A stretch of DNA of 64,000 nucleotides from an uncultured Bacteroidales bacterium (GTDB taxonomy: Bacteria > Bacteroidota > Bacteroidia > Bacteroidales > UBA932), in assembly GCA_910585445.1 (NCBI GenBank), contig CAJUEK010000007.1:1596-65595 (forward strand). The letters run 5' to 3'. Each line of letters begins with the position of its first letter. Positions within the stretch are counted from its first letter, which is position 1. The notes beneath the pieces are model-generated. The model was not told the DNA's origin and ran no database searches. It saw only the letters and a program-made list of their open reading frames with translations. Position numbers and translations under genes: made by a program. Of this stretch, positions 10,416-17,765 are shown one piece after another.

Positions 10416-10945
10416 TATTGTTTGAACTTTGTAAATATTTTTCCCGCTTTGTCTCAAGAGCAGGGATCGAAAGCTTCTTCCTTGCCTCTTCAGGCGATGA
10501 GTATGACAAAATGAGCCGTGAGCTCCTTGCGCTGCCGGACACCATGCGTATCCCTGAGCTTACCGGCTTCATTTTCGGCATTGACGAGACCGCTGTCAAG
10601 CAGCGCATTTCACAAGTAGCCGGCTGTTATCTTTTTGTCGACTATTCCGGCATATCATCTTCCGTTGACAAGCTGGATGTGAAAACAGATCTGATGCATA
10701 TCGCAGTGACTGTCGCCATGCCGCGTCCCAGCGACGAAGACCAGTTCGCTAATATGATAAGCCAGGACAGATGCCTTGAATACATATCAGTCATCAGAAG
10801 TAATATGCGCTATGACATAGACAAAAAAGCACATATCGAGTGGATGGTATTCCCGTCCAACATTTCACCGTTCGTGGCAAAGGAACTGTCAAACTCTTTC
10901 GGTTGGACAATGGAGTTTGACGTCAAGGGGATTGATATCGTCTGA
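10412..10945 (+). CDS. Phage hypothetical protein (tail completion/terminator candidate)
   Basis: 177 aa, last gene of the morphogenesis operon; C-terminal GWTMEFDV strand. Confidence 0.55.
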   Translation: MILFELCKYFSRFVSRAGIESFFLASSGDEYDKMSRELLALPDTMRIPELTGFIFGIDETAVKQRISQVAGCYLFVDYSGISSSVDKLDVKTDLMHIAVTVAMPRPSDEDQFANMISQDRCLEYISVIRSNMRYDIDKKAHIEWMVFPSNISPFVAKELSNSFGWTMEFDVKGIDIV

Positions 10946-11094
10946 AAAGGAACTGTTTTGATTACTTCGCTTCACATATTTACACCTCAGCATACATTCA
11001 TGTAATAATCGCTTCAGCATATCATAAAATAAAAGTATGATATTATAGGACATTATTACTATCACATAATATAACATGAGTTTGATGTAAATAT

Positions 11095-11125
11095 TTTGTT
11101 TTATTTAATAAAACACATATTTTTG
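11095..11125 (+). promoter_or_regulatory. Bacteroidota primary-sigma promoter of the protease moron
   Basis: TTTG (11095-98), N19, TATTTTTG (11118-25). Confidence 0.7.
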
Positions 11126-11159
11126 CATAGAAGTATTGGTCATTTAATGAAATATAAAA

Positions 11160-12014
11160 ATGGTTCCATCTATAGACATAGCACTTCGTACTTTGCTAAA
11201 TGACTCTTTAGCAGAATTGGAGACATCCATTAATAGTGATATTTTAACTTATTTTGGGCCGATTGTTGACGGCAATGAGAATGACATATTGAACATTGTT
11301 GAAGATTTAGCTAAGTCTGAAAATAAGAGAGAACAACTTGCTGTTATTTTAACAACTAATGGAGGTAGTGCAACAGCTGTAGAAAGGTACGTTAATATAA
11401 TTCGCCATCACTATAAAAAAGTAATTTTTATCGTTCCGGATTGCGCTTATAGTGCCGGTACTATTTTTTGCATGAGTGGCGATGACATTTGGATGGACTA
11501 TTTCTCAGTCCTTGGACCGATCGATCCTCAAGTTCCTAATAAAGAAGGAAAATATGTTCCTGCTTTGGGATATTTAGACAAGATTAATGAGTTAATTTGC
11601 AAAGCTCAGAATAATACCTTGAGCAATGCTGAGTTTTTAATTTTAAAGGATTTTGATCTTGCCGAGCTGAAAGGATATGAACAGGCAAGAGAACTCACAA
11701 TTGCTCTGTTAAAAAAGTGGCTTGTCAATTACAAGTTTCAGAATTGGAACAAACATAAGTCCGGCAGAGATGTCACACTCGAGGAAAAGGAAAAACGAGC
11801 TGAAGATATTGCATCAAAACTTGGTGACAACAATGCATGGAAAGCCCACGGGAGGCCTATTGACATAAATGCATTGAAGGCATTAAAGTTGAAAGTAACT
11901 GATTATAGTAATATGCCAGAAAGAGAGCATATACGAAATTACTATAAAATAATTCGGGACTATATCGCAAGATATAAATTTCCAATGTTTATTCACACTC
12001 GAAAATTTTTGTAA
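11160..12014 (+). CDS. SDH-family ClpP-fold serine protease (AT-rich moron gene)
   Basis: TTNGG, AYSAGT (catalytic Ser), LGPIDPQ and HGRPI motifs. Confidence 0.8.
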   Translation: MVPSIDIALRTLLNDSLAELETSINSDILTYFGPIVDGNENDILNIVEDLAKSENKREQLAVILTTNGGSATAVERYVNIIRHHYKKVIFIVPDCAYSAGTIFCMSGDDIWMDYFSVLGPIDPQVPNKEGKYVPALGYLDKINELICKAQNNTLSNAEFLILKDFDLAELKGYEQARELTIALLKKWLVNYKFQNWNKHKSGRDVTLEEKEKRAEDIASKLGDNNAWKAHGRPIDINALKALKLKVTDYSNMPEREHIRNYYKIIRDYIARYKFPMFIHTRKFL

Positions 12015-12016
12015 TT

Positions 12017-12208
12017 ATGGAACATACTATAAAATTACAATCAGCACTGAAACAAATGGAAAGGCGTTTTGCTGGAGATCAACAAACCCGTTCATTTGAA
12101 AAGTCCATGAATGATTTCAATGATATGGTAAGGTCCGGTGTCATAAAGTCACGTGGCTATAATATATTGTCTGTAGAAAACAGCTACCTTACGACACAAT
12201 TGGAATAA
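12017..12208 (+). CDS. Small hypothetical protein (63 aa), coupled to the protease
   Basis: Starts 2 nt after the protease stop; shares its terminator. Confidence 0.65.
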   Translation: MEHTIKLQSALKQMERRFAGDQQTRSFEKSMNDFNDMVRSGVIKSRGYNILSVENSYLTTQLE

Positions 12209-12231
12209 GCAATCATAGAAAGTATAAAGTC

Positions 12232-12268
12232 ACGAGGCACCCATAAACAGGGTGCCTCGTACTTTTTT
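12232..12268 (+). terminator. Intrinsic terminator of the moron
   Basis: ACGAGGCACCC/GGGTGCCTCGT 11-bp stem plus T-run. Confidence 0.8.
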
Positions 12269-12301
12269 ATTGCATTTCAATGAAAGGCATTGGTGTGAAA
12301 C

Positions 12302-12336
12302 AAAAAGAGGGCAGCCCAAAGTATGGGTTGCCCTCT
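12302..12336 (-). terminator. Terminator of the RHH-hicB transcript
   Basis: AGAGGGCAGCCCA/TGGGTTGCCCTCT stem with A-run on its left. Confidence 0.7.
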
Positions 12337-12361
12337 GCCACATTGTATTGTCGCCAAACAA

Positions 12362-12775
12362 TTAAACAAATATAGCATTTATGTCTTTGGCAAGATTCTT
12401 CAAGCCTTTTTCAATTCTTTCAGCCTGAGCTTTTCTCGGTGTGGTGCCATTAAGATACGCCCACAATTGTTTTTGATTGATACCTGTGATTTTTTCAAGC
12501 CCCGAAAGCGAGAAAATACCGTTTTTCACATAATATACAAGGATGCTTTTGATATCGTATTTATATGACATTTCAAATTCACCGTCAAGGAAATCCGGAT
12601 ATCTCAATCCCTCTTCTTTGGCCGTGGCTTTGAAAAACTCAATCTGAGTCATCATATCCGCCTTGGCTTCCGCAACCGAAGCCCCGGCTCCCGTAAACAT
12701 TTCCTTAATACAATAAACATCGTATGTGCCGTCTTCAGCACGTTCGATAATCGCGTCTATAACTTTCTTTTCCAT
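12362..12775 (-). CDS. hicB: HicB-like antitoxin with C-terminal HTH (orphan, no adjacent hicA)
   Basis: IERAEDGTYDVY...GAGASVAEAK N-terminal domain; GINQKQLWAY HTH; paralog of 14517-14927. Confidence 0.8.
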   Translation of the reverse strand: MEKKVIDAIIERAEDGTYDVYCIKEMFTGAGASVAEAKADMMTQIEFFKATAKEEGLRYPDFLDGEFEMSYKYDIKSILVYYVKNGIFSLSGLEKITGINQKQLWAYLNGTTPRKAQAERIEKGLKNLAKDINAIFV

Positions 12776-12832
12776 AATCATAGTGTTTAGTGGAAGGGGC
12801 TTTCCGGAATTTTCAGCCTGCCGAAAGCCTGG

Positions 12833-13021
12833 TCACAGAGACTTTATGAGGCGGTTGACATATTCACTCATACTGAGTCCCTCCGTCTCGGCAAGTTGCT
12901 TCAGCTTTGCCTTTGTCGTAGCCTCTACTGTCAGGCCGATGGTTACAAGCGGACCTTCAGACGCCGTCTTGCGTCCGGCTCCCTTCCTCGCGCCTCCCCA
13001 TGTTTTTTGTGTTTCTTCCAT
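12833..13021 (-). CDS. Ribbon-helix-helix/CopG-like DNA-binding protein (62 aa)
   Basis: WGGARKGAGRK motif followed by strand-helix-helix (LKQLAETEGLSMSEYVNRLI). Confidence 0.75.
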   Translation of the reverse strand: MEETQKTWGGARKGAGRKTASEGPLVTIGLTVEATTKAKLKQLAETEGLSMSEYVNRLIKSL

Positions 13022-13037
13022 AATATTGTTATATTTG
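13006..13037 (+). promoter_or_regulatory. Promoter for an antisense RNA
   Basis: TTTG (13006-09), N20, TATATTTG (13030-37). Confidence 0.6.
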
Positions 13038-13042
13038 TATTT

Positions 13043-13231
13043 CAAATCCTCGCGGGGGAGGAGGAGGCCAACCCCCTCCCCCTTTGGTCAGCGATAATTT
13101 CCTATCGAAATTCTCAGCTTTCCAATCCAAATAATCAGCTGGAACTTGACTTTCATTTGGACAAGGATTTAATCGGAAGTTTTCATATAGGAGCTTCCGG
13201 TCTCCCGCCCCTCAACCGAGGGGCTTTTTTT
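13043..13231 (+). ncRNA. Candidate cis-antisense RNA (type I antitoxin-like), ~190 nt
   Basis: Consensus promoter upstream; hairpins at 13054-82 and 13174-99; terminator GCCCCTC-aacc-GAGGGGC-T7 at 13207-31. Confidence 0.55.
13088..13156 (-). CDS. 22-aa cationic/hydrophobic peptide MKVKFQLIIWIGKLRISIGNYR (type I toxin-like)
   Basis: Translated by hand; first ORF downstream of the consensus promoter at 13266-13296. Confidence 0.55.
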   Translation of the reverse strand: MKVKFQLIIWIGKLRISIGNYR

Positions 13232-13265
13232 ATTTATTTCAATGAACTCGCATCTGATTGCACTA

Positions 13266-13296
13266 CAAAGATATAAATAATATCTTGAATTACAAA
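13266..13296 (-). promoter_or_regulatory. Promoter of the peptide-RHH-hicB transcript
   Basis: Minus strand TTTG (13293-96), N19, TATCTTTG (13266-73). Confidence 0.7.
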
Positions 13297-13332
13297 ATAA
13301 ATCAAAGCTATTTCACGGAATTTCAAACAAAT

Positions 13333-13363
13333 CTTGCAGTTTTCAAATTTATTCCTACCTTTG
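13333..13363 (+). promoter_or_regulatory. Divergent promoter of the early three-gene operon
   Basis: CTTG, N19, TACCTTTG (13356-63). Confidence 0.65.
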
Positions 13364-13437
13364 CCGATGCTATTCACATACTATATCGTCTATCTTTTCT
13401 GCCGCGAAAGTATTTTCACGAAAGAAATATAGATAAT

Positions 13438-13528
13438 TGCCTTGCATAAGGTGGAATTTACCGAGGAAACTTGGTGAAGTATATACGGCAGAGATGTTGT
13501 ATGTGGATAGCCCACCTAAGTGCAGGGC
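13438..13528 (+). ncRNA. Candidate c4/CI-like structured antisense RNA in the operon leader
   Basis: Closing stem 13438-54/13512-28; inner ACCGAG-GAAA-CTTGGT hairpin; loop segment complementary to flanking sites. Confidence 0.55.
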
Positions 13529-13554
13529 TTTTATCATTTAATATGTTGTTATTT

Positions 13555-13893
13555 ATGCTATCCACAAACAACACCAACATCAGCACAAAAGCGCTGAGAG
13601 CAGCCAAGGAAAGTCTTGGCGAACTTATCGAGAGCACTGCAGCCGTAGCCGGCTGGTTCCAGCTCCTTTATGACATCACTGACGATGCCAAGGAACCACT
13701 GCTCGACAAGCAGGTACTTTCCGAGTGCAGCCAGATGTTCATCACTGTCAACAGGCTGCTCTACCAGGAGGAAAGCAGGATGAAGCATCTCCAGATGATG
13801 AAACTCGTCGCCGAAAAGGCCGACAAGTCATTCCGGGAGCTCAGGGCCGACGCCAATACACAGGATCACGTTTTGTTCAACCAGGCAATGTAA
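13555..13893 (+). CDS. Phage hypothetical protein (112 aa)
   Basis: ATG after an AT-rich leader; first gene of the operon. Confidence 0.65.
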   Translation: MLSTNNTNISTKALRAAKESLGELIESTAAVAGWFQLLYDITDDAKEPLLDKQVLSECSQMFITVNRLLYQEESRMKHLQMMKLVAEKADKSFRELRADANTQDHVLFNQAM

Positions 13894-13905
13894 GGAGGAT
13901 GCACT

Positions 13906-14196
13906 ATGGAAACATCTGAAATCCTGAAGTCCTACACCGGCCAGAAGCTCATGCAGGCTGAAGAGCGTTGGGGTAAGTCACAGCGTGAACTAAAGAATAT
14001 GCGATTCGCCTGCAAGCTCATCAAATCCAGAGCGGCAAGAGACCTCGGAATCACTGACGGACCGCTTGCAGAACTGGAGGACCACCTGAAAGACACCATT
14101 GTGGAAATAGGAGTGCTGCTCGCTGACATACTCATCGAAGAGGCACGCAGGAGAAGCCTCAAGCAGTTAGGCATCATGAAAGAGGAGGACAAGTGA
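13906..14196 (+). CDS. Phage hypothetical protein (96 aa)
   Basis: AAGGAGGA upstream; helical protein. Confidence 0.7.
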   Translation: METSEILKSYTGQKLMQAEERWGKSQRELKNMRFACKLIKSRAARDLGITDGPLAELEDHLKDTIVEIGVLLADILIEEARRRSLKQLGIMKEEDK

Positions 14197-14441
14197 TGGA
14201 AGCCACGGCAATTCTGAAAAAGGCCATGGCAGACATATACTGCCAACAGATGATTGTCGAAGGCGTGATCGAGGGACTCCCGCCACAGGTGAGGAAACCG
14301 CTCAGCGGGACACCGGACAACGTCATAGACTCGCTTCACGAAGCGGTGCAGCTCATTTCATGCATCATCGTGGACATTGAGAATCCGGAATTAACGCCAG
14401 AAGAACCCCTGGAAGAACAGGAGGAAATGAACGGGACATAG
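14196..14441 (+). CDS. Phage hypothetical protein (81 aa)
   Basis: TGATG overlap with previous gene; GAGGAGG upstream. Confidence 0.65.
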   Translation: MEATAILKKAMADIYCQQMIVEGVIEGLPPQVRKPLSGTPDNVIDSLHEAVQLISCIIVDIENPELTPEEPLEEQEEMNGT

Positions 14442-14455
14442 AACCGGCAGGAATC

Positions 14456-14485
14456 AAAAAGGAGGCACCCGCAAGGATGCCTCCT
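14456..14485. terminator. Terminator between convergent operons
   Basis: A5-GGAGGCA...TGCCTCC-T hairpin. Confidence 0.65.
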
Positions 14486-14516
14486 GCCGTTTCCGGCACT
14501 CCCCTCTCAAGAAAGA

Positions 14517-14927
14517 TCAAAAAGACGTATTAATCAATTCGTGGCCGAGCTTGTGCAGCGCGGCCTCGATTTTTTCCACTTGCGCCCGTCTCGGCTTTGC
14601 TACACCGTGCATATAGTTCCATATCTGCTTGGGATTTATTCCTGTCATATTACCAAGGGCCGTCGGGGTGATGACTCCGGCATAGTACTCAAGCAAGCCC
14701 TGTACATCAAACTTATACTCAAGCTCATATTCTCCGTCAAGCCAGGCAGGATAAGACAATGCCTGTTCCTTGCCTATCTCCTCCCTGGTTATGCGGATGC
14801 TTTCAAGCATTTCAGCCTTGGCCTGCTCGATGCTGTCACCCATCCCAAAGAATTCCGGATGACCGGCGCAATAGACGTTATATGTACCGTCCGCCGCCCT
14901 GTCTATCATAACCTTTATCTTTTCCAT
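14517..14927 (-). CDS. hicB: HicB antitoxin
   Basis: IDRAADGTYNVY...GMGDSIEQAK; C-terminal HTH; downstream of hicA. Confidence 0.88.
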   Translation of the reverse strand: MEKIKVMIDRAADGTYNVYCAGHPEFFGMGDSIEQAKAEMLESIRITREEIGKEQALSYPAWLDGEYELEYKFDVQGLLEYYAGVITPTALGNMTGINPKQIWNYMHGVAKPRRAQVEKIEAALHKLGHELINTSF

Positions 14928-14953
14928 AATCTCATATATTTTCAAAGGCAGGA

Positions 14954-15130
14954 CTAAAGCCCCATTTCCTTTTTGATTTTCACTACAAGCCCCATTTTCA
15001 TCTCCTTGCTTCCGTGGTACGGGACCGCTACCCTCTTGCCGTTCTTTTCATAAATCCTGTGGCTTCCGGCTTGCCTTATCTCCACCCATCCGTTTATTTG
15101 GATGAGTCTGTGAAATTCACTTGATTTCAT
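14954..15130 (-). CDS. hicA: HicA toxin (mRNA interferase)
   Basis: 58 aa; GW..RQAGSH catalytic His and VPYHG motifs; -7 box TATTTTTG at 15147-54. Confidence 0.92.
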   Translation of the reverse strand: MKSSEFHRLIQINGWVEIRQAGSHRIYEKNGKRVAVPYHGSKEMKMGLVVKIKKEMGL

Positions 15131-15201
15131 TTCCAATCTGATTCTACAAAAATAGGACTATTTTCCATTATTCGCAATAATTATGGGAATATTTTCCACT
15201 A

Positions 15202-16377
15202 TTAGAAATACGACTCATGGTGACGGATCACTTCGTTAGCCTCACGTGCCTCAAGCGGAGTGTACAGGTCCGTCATCTGCAGGGAATGGTGCCTGGCCTG
15301 GTCACGCACAGAAAGAAGATCGGTCTTGTCTCTGATCAGATCCGTTATGCCCGTATCCTTCAGACTGTAAAACTTGTATTCCGGCGGAAGCTTCAGAGCC
15401 TTCTTCATCTTAAGTGTCCAGAAATCGCCGAAATGCTTTGCCGCATGATGTTCCGGGCCAGGCCTGAATCCCTTGCTGAACAGATACCAGTCCGACCTGC
15501 AGGTCAGGACCCCGAGATCCAGCATCAGACGCATGACACAATCCGGGATCGTAACGACGCCGGCCTTCCTGTTCTTGGAAATCTCGGCACTCACTGATAT
15601 AGTCCCCATCTTGACAGAAATGTCACGTATCCTGATATGGCTCATCTCCTTAGGGCGTATGAAGCAATAATACTCTATGTAGCACGCCAGAAGAAAATGC
15701 CTGTCATTCTTTTCGCAATATTCCTTTATCCTGAGCATGACGTCCTTCGGAATGACAGTGCGGTTCTTCTCACATTTCCTCTTTCCCTGGATCATGGCAA
15801 AAGAAGATGTCGGGTCATCATCAGCATACCCCCTTTCCCGGAGGAATCGTGAGAAAGTGCGCAGCCACATGAGATAATTGTCCCTGGTACGGGCCGACTT
15901 TCCCTTGTCAAGCCACAGCCAGTCCAGGAAGTCAGACATAACCTCCGCCTTCAGCTGATAGATGTAAGTGACCGGCTTCCTGCGGTCCGCATTCCACTTC
16001 CTGAAAATAGTGAGAAAAGAGATATAGCCATTGTAGGTCTTAACGCTCAGCAGCTTGTCGTGAACCATGCGGGCTATGTACCTGCAGTAATTCTCACAGA
16101 CCTCATCCCACAGAATATATTTGCGCGGATCCGCAAGCTGCATCCAGGGATTCCAGCCGGAGCGCAGCCGTTCGTTGATATTCTCGCACATCTCGGCCGC
16201 ATAAGATCTGCGGGCCCTGGCCGGCTTTATCATAGGGACTGCGACTCTTTTTCTTCTGAACGCCCCGGTATCAGGGTCAGTCGCGTAGAATTCGACCTGC
16301 CATCTTTTTCCGGCAGCAAGTCTTGCCGGGCGGTATTCCACCATTTGGCGGAGAGACACTTGTTTTTGTACAGACAT
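15202..16377 (-). CDS. int: Tyrosine recombinase / phage integrase (391 aa)
   Basis: IRPKE, K, YSLKDTG, RHHS and LY catalytic motifs of Bacteroidota integrases; likely start MSVQKQ at 16377. Confidence 0.92.
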   Translation of the reverse strand: MSVQKQVSLRQMVEYRPARLAAGKRWQVEFYATDPDTGAFRRKRVAVPMIKPARARRSYAAEMCENINERLRSGWNPWMQLADPRKYILWDEVCENYCRYIARMVHDKLLSVKTYNGYISFLTIFRKWNADRRKPVTYIYQLKAEVMSDFLDWLWLDKGKSARTRDNYLMWLRTFSRFLRERGYADDDPTSSFAMIQGKRKCEKNRTVIPKDVMLRIKEYCEKNDRHFLLACYIEYYCFIRPKEMSHIRIRDISVKMGTISVSAEISKNRKAGVVTIPDCVMRLMLDLGVLTCRSDWYLFSKGFRPGPEHHAAKHFGDFWTLKMKKALKLPPEYKFYSLKDTGITDLIRDKTDLLSVRDQARHHSLQMTDLYTPLEAREANEVIRHHESYF

Positions 16378-16457
16378 TTTTTTTGAAGGGGATGTCACTC
16401 CCGACTCCAAATCTGCATTTAATCTTGACACAAATTCGGCACAAGGCCTTTTCTGAG

Positions 16458-16498
16458 AGATGCCGTAACCTATTGTTCTGAAATAAGTTACGGCATCT
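16458..16498. repeat. Inverted repeat at the tRNA 3' end / attachment site
   Basis: AGATGCCGTAAC ... GTTACGGCATCT perfect 12-bp arms, extendable inward. Confidence 0.75.
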
Positions 16499-16502
16499 TT
16501 TG

Positions 16503-16575
16503 TAGCGGGAGGAGGACTCGAACCTCCGGCCTCCGGGTTATGAGCCCGACGAGCTACCAACTGCTCTATCCCGCG
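16503..16575 (-). tRNA. tRNA-Met(CAT), initiator type
   Basis: CGCGGGATAGAGCAGTTGGTAGCTCGTCGGGCTCATAACCCGG...GTTCGAGTCC...CCCGCTA; 1:72 mismatch; GGG:CCC anticodon stem; CCA not encoded. Confidence 0.97.
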
Positions 16576-16586
16576 ATATTGGACTG

Positions 16587-16617
16587 CAAATATACGCACA
16601 TTTTTTGAAACTGCAAA
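16587..16617 (-). promoter_or_regulatory. tRNA promoter
   Basis: TTTG, N19, TATATTTG on the minus strand. Confidence 0.75.
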
Positions 16618-16717
16618 CTTTTCTGCATTTTTATTGAACTTTTTTTCATTTCGTTTTGTGAGCGACAGCTTATTATGCATTCAAGTCCAACAAACAAGTG
16701 CCAATGCACTCCATTAT

Positions 16718-17659
16718 TTATACCTTGCCAGCTTGCAGGCTACCCGATAAACCAAGTATTTCACGAATGATCTTGCGGTCAAAGCCAAGAACACGCGCTA
16801 TCTGGGAAGCACCGGCATACATCCTCCTGTAAAGATACCCCGCCATCTTGCATCGTTCATTCACATCAAGTTGTGATACCGATGTTTTGTTGAACCGCTC
16901 GCGCACCACATTTTCCATCCTACAGATAAGTTCATAATCATTATAGCGTATCCGGCCGCTGAATGCCAGCTCCAATTCCATTACGGCAGAATCCACCTTA
17001 GCCACCCTGTTCCAGAAGAATTCCCGAGAATTGCGGAACAGGCTTTCCACAAAACCTCCTGCAACAAACGACCCAGGAACGATGTCATAGTTTCCGTCAA
17101 ACAGAAACCCGCTGCCCGAAAGATTGCAATGGGTATGCAGCATACGTTTTGCCTCTTTTACCTGCAACGATGACACAGGCCTATACAAGAGACTTGCATT
17201 ACCTGAGAAATAGCAGTTCACGCTGGACCATTCATATTGTCCCGCATCCCTGACCAATCCTCCTTCAACAGGATTTCTCAAAATATAAGCTATACAATTC
17301 CTGATGTATGAAACATCACTAATCTGTTTTATCGTGCTGCCTACCCTTTTAAGCACATTTGGCACGCCATGTCTGCGACAATGATACCTGGAATATTCCT
17401 TTTTGAAATCATTCAGAAAGCACACGACACGCTCCCTATTGTCAGCACACACCATAAAATGAACATGATTGGTCATAAGACAATATGCAGCTATCATTAC
17501 CTTGTGCCGAAATGCACTGAAGGCTGCAATTCTTATCCCGAATCTGTAATCATCATCGTCCCAAAACAGCAGCCTGTCTTCAAGACCTTTAGTACAAACA
17601 TGAAAAACATTGATTTTCTGCTCATCCATGCCAGAAACGGCACCAATCTCTCCCCTCAT
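16718..17659 (-). CDS. REP-associated tyrosine transposase (RAYT)-like HUH Y1 nuclease with C-terminal HTH
   Basis: FHVCTKG, AYCLMTNHVH (HUH), YILRNPV (catalytic Tyr), YEWSS; C-terminal QIARVLG. Confidence 0.85.
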   Translation of the reverse strand: MRGEIGAVSGMDEQKINVFHVCTKGLEDRLLFWDDDDYRFGIRIAAFSAFRHKVMIAAYCLMTNHVHFMVCADNRERVVCFLNDFKKEYSRYHCRRHGVPNVLKRVGSTIKQISDVSYIRNCIAYILRNPVEGGLVRDAGQYEWSSVNCYFSGNASLLYRPVSSLQVKEAKRMLHTHCNLSGSGFLFDGNYDIVPGSFVAGGFVESLFRNSREFFWNRVAKVDSAVMELELAFSGRIRYNDYELICRMENVVRERFNKTSVSQLDVNERCKMAGYLYRRMYAGASQIARVLGFDRKIIREILGLSGSLQAGKV

Positions 17660-17765
17660 ATCCAAACATTTAAATAATCTTTCGGCAAAATAGGAATAGT
17701 TATCCGTTTCTGCAAATTTTCACATCTTTTTCTTAACAATTCCACACATAAATTTACAGTTCAAA

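Larger units (their letters stand above)
1..16502. mobile_element. Prophage, right arm (left end outside window), integrated at 3' end of tRNA-Met
   Basis: Co-oriented S49 protease, capsid-like, terminase and portal genes; TA modules; tyrosine integrase immediately downstream of a tRNA 3' end. Confidence 0.9.

Noticed and set aside
1..16502. Diversity-generating retroelement or invertible tail-fibre cassette in the prophage
   Set aside because: No reverse transcriptase, TR/VR pair or invertase is visible in this window
16378..16680. N-terminal 101-aa extension of the integrase in the ORF track
   Set aside because: It runs through the tRNA and its promoter; the real start is more likely 16377
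16718..17659. IS200/IS605 insertion sequence
   Set aside because: The protein is about twice TnpA length with RAYT motifs (NPV, WSS); there is no tnpB and no paired subterminal hairpins were seen
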